A DNA stretch of 20,000 nucleotides from Xylographa opegraphella (taxonomy: Eukaryota). Below the pieces are notes generated by a model that did no database searches, was not told the origin of the DNA, and saw nothing but the letters and a program-made list of their open reading frames with translations. Both the position numbers and the translations under genes were made by a program. Shown here one piece after another: positions 10,301 through 19,686 of this stretch. The stretch is from contig JALDZX010000024.1 of the NCBI GenBank assembly GCA_022813865.1, positions 306,961 through 326,960 on the forward strand. Reading direction: 5' to 3'. Positions within the stretch are counted from its first letter, which is position 1. Each line of letters begins with the position of its first letter.

Positions 10301-13300
10301 AATTGCCGCCAATACACAATTCGGGTCAACCTTACGCTTGGTTAACCTTTTTCCAAATCATTCGTATTTACAGAGTTGTCTTGGCGGTACCTTTTACTCG
10401 TGACCTTCTGGTGAGGAACCACCGACAATTCGCATCATAACATGTCTAACATCCATGTAGAAAGTAGTGCTGAAAAATGTTTCGGGTATACTCAACTTGA
10501 TCATTTTCGTCATCCTCCTTACTTTCCTCGTTGCTATTTTTGCCGTTCAACTCTTCCGAGGGGAGATTCCTCCCTGGGACGTCAACCAAAACGTTATACG
10601 GATCACTTTCACCAACATTGTCAATTCCTTTCTCGGCATGTATCAGATATTCTCAAGTGAAAACTGGACAGTGATGATGTATAACGCCACTCAGTTTGAA
10701 ACACAATGGAACACAGCCTGGATAAGCGCTGCATTCTTCATTCTGTGGTTTATTCTGGCCAATTTCATCGTTCTGAACATGTTTATTGCTGTCATTCAGG
10801 AGAATTTCGATGTTACCGAGGACGAGAAACGTCTAGAGCAAGTCAAAGCCTTTCTCCAGCAGAAGGAAATGGTAGGCTCAACGCACAGCAATCTATCATT
10901 ATCGGCCATCTTTAGATTCGGGAGAGATAGGGATAGGAATAAAGACCCATTTGATTATGGCCCAGCCACGTTGGACATGTTCAAGGATAATTTTGTTCGG
11001 GAGTTCCTGGATGAGCAAATGGAGGCGATGGAGGGTGGAGACCCAGAGAGCGATGGTCAAAGCAACATGCCTACAAGAGAAATCAACAACGGGCTACTTT
11101 CGGTATTATGGTCCAAGATGTCTAGACTTCTACAAGGCGGAGAACCAAATCCGTTTTATTCAAGGCTCATGTTTTCGAGGCCATATGACGAGCTAGACCC
11201 GCATACGATGGCTCGAGAAATTGGATCTGCAACTGAGCAACGAAAGCGAGCTCAAAGAGACTACCTACGTACCCACCCAAATTATAACGTCTCACTTTAC
11301 ATGTTCGGGCCTTCTAGTTCGATCAGAAGAATCTGTCAGTCAATAGTCGGACCCGGCAGAGGCACACAGCGCATAGAAGGTCGTGAGCCCTACAAACCTG
11401 TATGGTATGCCTTTTCGTTCTTCATCTACAGTAGCATTGTTGCTATGGTCCTGCTTGCTTGCGTTGCAACACCACTATACCAACGCCAGTACTTTGAAGT
11501 CAATGGCTACAGTGTCAGGAATTGGTTTGTATGGACAGATATAGGGTTTGCGGCTGTATTCACCATCGAGGCCATTATCAAAATTGTTGCTGATGGATTC
11601 TTCTGGACGCCTAACGCCTACCTAAGAAGCAGTTGGGGGATCATAGATGGCATTGTGCTGATAACGCTGTGGATCAATGTCGGTACTGCATTGGTCAATG
11701 CTGGGGCCGTTTCACGAGCCGTGGGAGCCTTCAAGGCACTGAGAGCTCTAAGGCTTCTCAATATTAGTGATAGTGCACGTGATACCTTTCCCTCTATCGT
11801 TCTGGGAGGCTTCAAGGTCCTTTCGGTAAGTAGCGTGATACTGCTTGAGTGCAAATCATATCTAACTAAGTGCTAGGCTGCATTCGTTTCCCTCAGTCTG
11901 CTGATACCATTTGCAATCTACGGTCTCAATCTATTCAATGGGCGAATGCAGCAGTGTAATGACATCTACTCGCCTATTACGAACCTATCGGACTGCGTGG
12001 GTGAATGGGGAAGTTCGCCGTTCAATTGGACGGTGATAGCTCCTAGACAAGTCTCGAATCCTTACTACAGCTTCGATGACTTTGCTAGCTCACTTTCCAT
12101 CCTCTTCCAAATTGTGTCCCAGGAAGGATGGGTCGATGTAATGTGGCAAGCCATGTCTATACCTGGCCGAGGACTGCAGCTTCAATACTACTCTAACCAG
12201 GGTAATGCTGTGTTTTTCATTGTCTTCAACTTGCTCGGAGCCGTTTTCGTCTTGACACTTTTCGTGTCCGTTTTTATGCGCAATTACGCAGAACAGACTG
12301 GAGTAGCATTTCTAACAACGGAGCAACGCTCGTGGCTGGAATTCAGGAAGCTATTGCGTCAAATCTCTCCATCGAAACGCCCGACAAATCGACCGAGTGA
12401 GCATTGGAAGATCTGGTGTTACAGGATCGCGGTCAAGAAACATGGGAAGTGGCAGAGAACTATAACTGCAGTGCTTGTACTCCACCTCATCCTCTTAGCT
12501 ATCGAAGTCTATCCTGAATGGCCCCTTTGGGAGACTCTCCGGGACTATATCTTTCTCTTCTTCACTATCCTATATACTATTAACATTGTCATACGTATTG
12601 TAGGCCTCACTTGGAAGCGATTTCGGAGAAGTTCGTGGGACCTTTACTCAATATTTGCTGTTTCTGGTACAATCGTAACCACGATAGGTACGCTTGCCAC
12701 AAGCAATAACCCAATTTGGGTTCAGACTCACAAGCTGTTACTTGTCTCCATTGCGTGCCTTCTGATTCCTCGCAACAACCAGCTCGATCAATTGTTCAAA
12801 ACTGCTGCTGCTAGTCTAAGCGCCATTGCCAGTCTGTTAGCAACATGGTTCGTCCTGTTTTTGGTGTTCGCCATCGCCTTGACACAGACGTTGGGACTCA
12901 CCAAGTTTGCATCTCAGGCCCAACCAAACCTCAATTTTCGCAATGTGCCTAAAGCACTAATTCTCCTGTTTCGTATGAGCTGTGGAGAAGGTTGGAACCA
13001 AATTATGGAAGACTATGCTTATTATGCCGTCGCGCCTTATTGTATCGAGAACGACAACTTCTTCCACAGCGACTGTGGGAGTACTGCTTGGGCAAGGACT
13101 TTGTTTATCGCATGGAACATAACCAGCATGTACATCTTCGTAAGCATGTTCGTTTCTCTGATATTTGAGAGTTTCTCCTATGTGTATCAGCGAAGCAGTG
13201 GGCTGTCAGTTGTGAGCAGGGAGGAAATACGTCGGTTCAAGCAGGCCTGGGCTACCTACGATCCCGATGGGTCAGGATATATCACCAAGGAAGCATTTCC

Positions 13301-14507
13301 GAGATTACTTGGAGTATGCATTCCCGTCATAATGTTTCCTGTTGCAGCGCTGACCACTATCTAGGAATTATCCGGTGTCTTTGAAATGCGTATTTATGAC
13401 GGAGACCATACTGTTCGTGCTATACTCGAGGACTGCGAGGTTGATATACGTGGGGGTGAAACTCCAGCAGGCGTAGTACATGGCATCAACCTCGCACGGC
13501 TTAATAAACGCCTAAGCACCATCAATGTTCCAGAAATTCGGCGACGTCGCGCCGTTCTCAACCAGTTTTCACAAGAAGTCCTTGTCTCCGCTAACCCCAA
13601 CCGCGGCATCAGCTTCACTTCCTGCCTTATGATCTTAGCCCATTACAACATCATAAACGATAGCAAGTCTCTTCGTCTCGAAGAATTCCTCCGTCGCCGG
13701 TATCGCCTTCAACGCGTCGAGGAGGAAGTCCGCCGCCGCGTTGTCATCGGCTTCTTCGACACTCTCTACTGGTCGCGCCAATTCCGCCGCCGTCAAGAGC
13801 TTCGGCACTCCGCTCGAATGGTGACGGTCCCACAGTTCGCCGTTCCCGAGATCTTCGTCGACGACCAGGACGGCCCTTCCCCCCTGGTAGACACCTTCGA
13901 AGCCGCCTCCGTCGCCAGTTCCATCTTTCCGGCAACCGAGATATCCCCATCTACTAGCCGCGCCAAGGCAGCCTTTGGGCTCGGTACCAGCCCTCCATCG
14001 CCAGGGGCCTTACGCTCTCGTGGCGAGTCCTTCAACACCACGCGTAGCCGCGGAGAGTCCTTCGGTGCGGGCTCCTCGCCTGCCCGCTCCAACGGCTCCG
14101 GTGGTGCACCCTCCGAATACAGCTACCACCCCTCGCCGACGCTGCGGCCGCGGCGGCCTTCCGATTTGGAAGATGGGCCGGACCCGGTGCCGCCCATTCC
14201 GGAGATCACGTACGACGGGGTGGTGGATCCACCATCCCCGAGCGGCCAAAGTATCGGCCAACATAGCCAGGGCGGTCGCAGCCGTTCTGGGACTGCGCGT
14301 ACGGGTGCGAGCATGGGAAGTGGGACTGAGGGAGTGGGCATGAGGCACAGAAGGCAGCAGAGCAGCAGAGGAAGCGCTACCGGCGGTTTCAACGCGCTGG
14401 AAGTCTTTGACAATTCGGCATGGGGGGAGAGTATTCGACGGAGTTTCACGGTAAGGAGGCAGGGGACCAAGGGGAGAGGGGCGGGGAGGGAGGAGGCGGG
14501 GCGGTGA
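7395..14507 (+). CDS. CCH1: High-affinity calcium channel Cch1 (4 x 6TM, Cav/NALCN-related), ~2238 aa. Exons 7395-9128, 9179-9683, 9732-9778, 9825-9904, 9953-10113, 10166-10410, 10461-11825, 11877-13313, 13365-14507.
   Basis: Eight 46-52 nt GT-AG introns join the ORFs in frame (6717 nt). Four pore loops MSSNTF, FSSENW, VSQEGW, SCGEGW give the N/E/E/E filter. S4-like segments LRILRLL, IIRIYRV, FKALRALRLL; EF-hand-like YDPDGSGYITKE after domain IV. The ATG at 7395 has a good context (CAACATGG). Confidence 0.95.
7791..7808 (+). repeat. (CCG)5CCA trinucleotide run encoding polyproline in the Cch1 N-terminal tail
   Basis: ccgccgccgccgccgcca, giving PTPPPPPPLL. Confidence 0.8.
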
Positions 14508-15018
14508 TTTGGAGCCAAGAAAAGTGGGATGCGGGGGAATTCTGTGGCCGGAAGCAGGACACGAGAAGGAGGGTTCACTGTTTGGCATTTTCGGGCGTTC
14601 GGGCTGGGGGCGGATACCTAATTGGTTGTTGGGCAGCTATCAGGGGGTGCGGCATTGCGAGCGGTGTTTGTGGATATGGTCTTCGGACTGGTTGGTTCGA
14701 GGGTGGACAGAGGACGTGCGCGATATCCAGGTCCAGCGCGTCTCGAACGCTTGTTTTCACTTTGGGTTTTGAGGCATTGGTGTGATTATGTCGACGGATC
14801 GGACGGATCGGAAAGTCTTGTATCCCAGATTTGCAAATCCATCAAGAAATAATCCCAACTCAAATTCCGGAGATTAGTCGCTCACTGTACGACGACGGCG
14901 GGTGTCCTCCTCTGCGCTCGCCACAGAAGACAAGAGAACACCTACGTCAGTTCGCGTTTCTCCTTCCCCACTCCGTTCCAGCCCCGCCGGTTTAATCCCC
15001 CCTATTCACCGCCCCGTG

Positions 15019-17303
15019 CTACCATCCCCGGCCCTCCAGCAACACCCCCCTTTCTCTCCATCCTGCCGTCAACGCCTCCACGCGTTTCCGCTTCCACCCC
15101 TCCCGCGTCGCGATCTTCTCGAGCGCGTGCTCCCCGTTGAAGTACTTGAGACATGTCTCCCACGCCTCCTTCTCCTCAACCGGCAGCTCGGCCGCGATGG
15201 CGGCCAGATGCCGCGACTCCAGCCCGGACGCTTTGACCGGGTGCGTGATGAGACTGGGTTTGAACAACGAGGAATGCGATGCGTCGGTGGACTGTGGTTC
15301 ACGGGAGAACGGCACGGTCGTGTGTGTGCTCGAGACGGACCCGGCGGGCGAGGCGGGACGCTGATCATCTCGGGGAGGGGCCTTGGCGCTCGCCGCGGAG
15401 GTCACCCGCTCCTGCTCCTGCTGGCTCTCCGCCGCCACGGTGGCTTGGATCCGCGGCGGCACGCGCACCCACGCAAACGTCCGCAGCTGCGTCACCCAGC
15501 CGCCGCGCAGCAGCCAGGCCAGAATGCCCAGGTATGCCTCCTTGTGGTCCTTGCTCGGGATGAGGCTGCCAAAGGGGCGCGGCTGCGCGCAGGACAGCAA
15601 GGCGAGCATCTTGGGCAGTGGTGGTAGAGCCGGGTATAGGCGGGCGTATTGCGCGCTGGCAGAGGCGAGTCGCCGCATGTCGGCGTTCGGGGACACGATG
15701 TATGTGTCACGGGCGTGGAGGGGTGGGATGGCGCGAGCGCGGCGCCAGTAGATGAGGTGCGAGGCGAGAAGGAGGATCTCCGGGAGAGGGATGGAGGTTA
15801 GGAGGGCGATCTGCGAGAAGGAGCGCGTAGGGGTGCTGGCGCGGAGGTAGTGGGTCAGGGGGGCCGTAAGTGGGGAGGAGCTGGAGTTGATGTCGGCACT
15901 ATGATACAGGAATGGGAATGTTTAGCGTGGAATTCGACAAGGGTTGGGATGGGTTGGAAGGAGAGACGATGAAGAAAAACACTGGAGCAACCGAACAAGA
16001 GAGGCAAAGACGATACGCACATGATAGTTGGGAGATCGGAGAGAAGGAGAAGAGCAAAGTGTGAGGCGAGGTTAGACGGTGGTTGAGGAGTGGGTGACGG
16101 TGGAATAGAATTGGCAGTAGTAAGCCAGAGGCCGGGAAGTTGGGGCTCGGTGGGCGTCGGAAGGGCGGAGATGGATGTGGGAATAGGAATTTGGAGCGAG
16201 AAGGTCAGGTGCGGGGTGAGGGTGATGTGAGCAATGCGGGAGGTCGAGATGTTGGTGTAGGTGGTAGCGATGGCTTTGGCAAGCGGGGAGTGCTTGATCG
16301 TCTGCTGGATGGTTTCTCGGCGCACAAATGAGTAGGGGATGCGGGACGCTATGGAAGGGGGAGGTCCCGACATACCGTGCTTGGCTTCGAGCCTTCTTAT
16401 CTTTTGGGCTTCGTTGAGGACAAAGTTCGAGCGCCTTTGCTCCCATGTCAAGGCACGGGTGAATTTCTTGACGACGTGGTCGTACATTTCGTCGACCCGG
16501 AGTTGGTATTCGAGCGGTGGGGGATTCATCACGAAGACGACGTGGAACATATTGAGCAATTCCTTGAGGCTATGGGCTGCCATGTCTTTGTTCTGGTGGT
16601 ACTCATCTACTAGCTTATGGGATCCGCCCAGGTCAGTCAACGAGGGTAGTTCGGGAGTTTCATCGTCTTCGGCGCCTGTGTCATTGCCCGTCGTTTCGCC
16701 TGAGTCCTCGTGGAGCTGTACAGTACTCCGTTGCGCATGATTATCGGCTGTCTGCTCGGTAGGGGTGGAACTCATGTCCACATCTATCACGGGAGCCTCA
16801 GGTACCTTCGAGTTCTTCTTTCTCTGCCACAGCCCATTCTCTCTCGAGCAGATTGGCCAACCCAGGAACACTCTTCCATCAATGGTCATCTCGAATCTCT
16901 TCTTATGTGCTTTCGCGTCCGGACACAGTAGATGCTGCAATCCGACAGGCAATCCTAAGAACCCATTTCTGGACACGTCTGATCGCTTCCAACCATCCAT
17001 ATCGGTCTTTTGTGGGGATGCAGATCCGGATTCATCGATATCAACATCGTTGGTGTTTCCAGTAGATGTAGCAGCATCATTCTCGGGCCTTTCGTCTTCC
17101 AGTGAACTGCAGCCGTCTTCTTCACTGGAATCGCCAGTATCCTCCTCGGAAGAATTCTCGTAGTCGAGCTTGACGTGCGGTTTGTCATGGCCCGGATCAG
17201 GAGGGTAGTGGAATACATGATGTATACCGGCGCGAGTCTTGATCATCAATATGATAGCGACGAGGCTGGGATTGGGTGGAAGTACAGAGGGTGGCATTGT
17301 CAT
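15019..17303 (-). CDS. NPR3: Nitrogen permease regulator 3 (Npr3/NPRL3, SEACIT/GATOR1 TORC1 inhibitor), ~700 aa (720 aa if the candidate 60-nt intron is retained). Exons 17303-16376, 16315-16021, 15898-15019; start could instead be 17297.
   Basis: N-terminal longin-like LVAIILMIKTRAG..HVFHYPP; MFHVVFVMNPPPLEYQLRVDEMY..VVKKF.RAL.WEQ; HLIYWRRARAIPPLHARDTYIVSPNAD; C-terminal WLLRGGWVTQLRTFAW and YFNGEHALEKIA.REG.KRK. Intron 16020-15899 (GTGCGT..GCTAAA..TAG) is needed to keep the frame. Intron 16375-16316 is uncertain. Confidence 0.9.
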
Positions 17304-18123
17304 TAGGCGAGACCTAGAGAAAGGACATGGATGAAATAAGAAGAAGATTGAGGAACGTTATAATGATAGAAAGCCTACACTCGAAATGAATGCGAAAACA
17401 AAACAAACACAGTAGCCCGCATGACAAGTTGAAGGTTAGGACGAGCTTGGTAAGACTATGCAGGGTGATCGCGGCTGAAACCTGAACCGGGGTCTCTGCT
17501 GTACGGTTAGCGATTGCTACAGGAGCAGCCTCGAGCTGATTTCCGACAGGTGAGCCTTGATCAAGGTCAGAGCCGAGGAGTAACCATGACACCGGAATGC
17601 TACGGGGGAGAACGATGGATTATGACAGGAGGACTCGGGCAAGCGCGGAGAAGACATTTCAGACTACCTAGTATCGCGCGAAAAATGTTATGATCGCCCA
17701 CTACTCATGATCTTAGAATGGAAGAACCTGTCCGGATAGCGGAGTAAGGCTCGTTATTGATTGTGCTTGCTGAGGTCGAGACCCACTTTGGAGTTTGCTT
17801 TGATCACCATGAATAGTATTGTATCTATGCTGAGCCAGTTGACCATGAATCCAATAGCAAATATGCATGCATCATCGGTTGTAACCCCGGTAGGTGCGAC
17901 TCGGAGCTCCGTATCAAGAAGCTATATCCACCCCAACCGGCAATAAACCCTCATGTATGCATAGTATGGGTATCAAAAAAAAGTAGCATTTCATCCCCGC
18001 TCATCCATCGTTTCATCCAAGGATGCATGCACCGCACAGACCCCTTCTCGACGGACACAACCAGCCGTCGATAGTTCGGAGGCAGTTCGTCGGACCCCCT
18101 TCTTCCTGCGGTGCGGAACATGC

Positions 18124-19293
18124 TTAACCACTCACGTTGCTGGCAGCCATGGCCAAGGCATCCAAGCCAGGACTCTCCCCCTCGCCATCTTGACTGCCAC
18201 CGCTGAGGGTCCGGTCAAGGTTGGGTCTCGAATGTTCGGCGAGCTTGGTATCAATGCTGAGACTGCCATTGGGGTTTGAAAATTCCGAGCCCTCGGTCAA
18301 GGCCGACCGGTGGATCGTCGATCGGGGAGGACGATTCGTGTTTTCGGCATCAAAGCCAGCATCCACGTCATCGACTTCCATGTCCGAGCCTATGTCTGGA
18401 GTGGACGCGGCCGTTGTCGACTGAGTCGCGGGGTTTATTCGACGACGGGGTGGATCTGCAAGGACGGGCGACGCTGCCGCTTGCTCTCCGCTCCCGGATC
18501 CATTTCCAGCTTTGTGGGTGCGTTCGTGTTGCTTCATGTTATCCTTCCGTGTGAAGGCCTTGTTGCAAATGGGGCAGAGAATGTTCTTCTCGCCCGTGTG
18601 CTTCTTGCCATGGCGAGCGGCGTGACCGGAAGTGGTGAAGGTGTCGGTGCAATTGTAGCGAACGGCGTGTGGACAGAAGTATTTTTTCTTGCCGATTTTG
18701 GAGGTGCCGTTGGTCGGGGTGGTGGCTGCGAGGGCGGTGGACGAGGTGGCCGTGACGGGGGTCTGGAGGCCGGACGGTGGTGAGATGGGCGTCGCCAAGT
18801 CGGACGTCGCATACGCGAACTGGGTCTGGAGTGGCGGGCCCAGGGTCGGGTACGGGTCGTCCATGAGCAGCTCGCTCCGGATGGGGATGTTATTGTAGTA
18901 TGGCAGCTGGGAGACATCTTGCGGTCGTGGCGGGGCATAGTAGGGCCCGTGGGCGGGATAGCTGCTGTAGACGTTGCTGGGCAGGTTGTTCTTGTGCTGG
19001 TCCAGCGGGTCGAACGGGTAGGTGGGCGTCATGGGGGACGGGGTGTGCAGGGTGCCCTGCGACGAGTTCGAGTCGAAACGAGCCAGATGCGGAGCGTTGC
19101 GTGGCGAGGACGTTGGAGACGCGAGACTGCTGAGGTGCGATGAGCCGGAGTCGTCCCTTGACATTTGCGTCGAGTAGCTGGATTGGCGGGAGTGGTTGTT
19201 GGGCCGCGACCGAGAGTCGGGAACGTAAGCGGGATGGTCGTCGTTGAGTAACGAAACCTTCCGCCCACTCGCATTCAGGACCTCCATGCTCAT
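18124..19293 (-). CDS. Two-finger C2H2 transcription factor, Nrg1/CSP-1-like repressor family, ~389 aa, apparently intronless
   Basis: First in-frame ATGs are at 19293 and 19287 (MSMEVLNASGRKVSLLND). Fingers CPHAVRYNCTDTFTTSGHAARHGKKH-TGEK-CPICNKAFTRKDNMKQHERTH; the FTTSGH.aRH and F.R.DN..QH helices are typical of Nrg1/CSP-1 relatives. The rest is S/P/T-rich low complexity with C-terminal GLDALAMAA. Confidence 0.85.
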   Translation of the reverse strand: MSMEVLNASGRKVSLLNDDHPAYVPDSRSRPNNHSRQSSYSTQMSRDDSGSSHLSSLASPTSSPRNAPHLARFDSNSSQGTLHTPSPMTPTYPFDPLDQHKNNLPSNVYSSYPAHGPYYAPPRPQDVSQLPYYNNIPIRSELLMDDPYPTLGPPLQTQFAYATSDLATPISPPSGLQTPVTATSSTALAATTPTNGTSKIGKKKYFCPHAVRYNCTDTFTTSGHAARHGKKHTGEKNILCPICNKAFTRKDNMKQHERTHKAGNGSGSGEQAAASPVLADPPRRRINPATQSTTAASTPDIGSDMEVDDVDAGFDAENTNRPPRSTIHRSALTEGSEFSNPNGSLSIDTKLAEHSRPNLDRTLSGGSQDGEGESPGLDALAMAASNVSG

Positions 19294-19638
19294 GCTGTGC
19301 CTGCCCCAAACCCCCGAATCGGCGCCGACGTGGATTCTGAGCAGTCGCGCACCGAGAGACACGATGGGGGGCGGATGGCGAGGGAGCAGCTGCCACACGG
19401 AAGACGTATCGCTCTCACTGCTTCCGCGCCCCTGGACGGCGCCGTCTCTGACGCACCCACCAGCCACGGGGGGGCTGCAGGGTCCGGATGAACGCCCACG
19501 TATGCTTGTAGATAGAGGTCGTACGCACTCGACCTCAGTAACGAATGCTGCTGGGGCGGGGGAGCGAAGGGACGGGGGACACCACACACACCCGGGTCGG
19601 TGTTGACCAGTTGACTGGCCAGAATGACGACGGACGAT

Positions 19639-19686
19639 GGGGACGAGGACGGGGACGGGGATGAGGACGAGGACGAGGACGAGGAC
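19639..19686. repeat. Degenerate hexanucleotide microsatellite (GRGGAY)8, i.e. (GTCCTC)n on the minus strand, upstream of the zinc-finger gene
   Basis: ggggac gaggac ggggac ggggat gaggac gaggac gaggac gaggac. Confidence 0.85.

Noticed and set aside
14793..14812. 9-bp tandem duplication GACGGATCG x2
   Set aside because: Single short slippage duplication with no further structure.
13744..14852. Multiple overlapping ORFs of 60-190 aa on both strands
   Set aside because: Stop-codon scarcity in the GC-rich CCH1 tail; low-complexity R/P/G translations.
14902..15751. Plus-strand ORFs of 241, 122 and 94 aa
   Set aside because: Antisense shadows of the GC-rich last NPR3 exon; no recognisable domains.
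15899..16020. 122-nt NPR3 intron as a stwintron or structured-RNA host
   Set aside because: Pyrimidine-rich, no internal branch/acceptor set that rebuilds a valid donor, no obvious stems or snoRNA boxes.
17314..17592. 92-aa hydrophobic minus-strand ORF and a possible 5' UTR intron (17378-17314) upstream of NPR3
   Set aside because: Hydrophobicity follows from T-rich UTR composition; the putative intron lacks a clear branch site, so neither can be supported.
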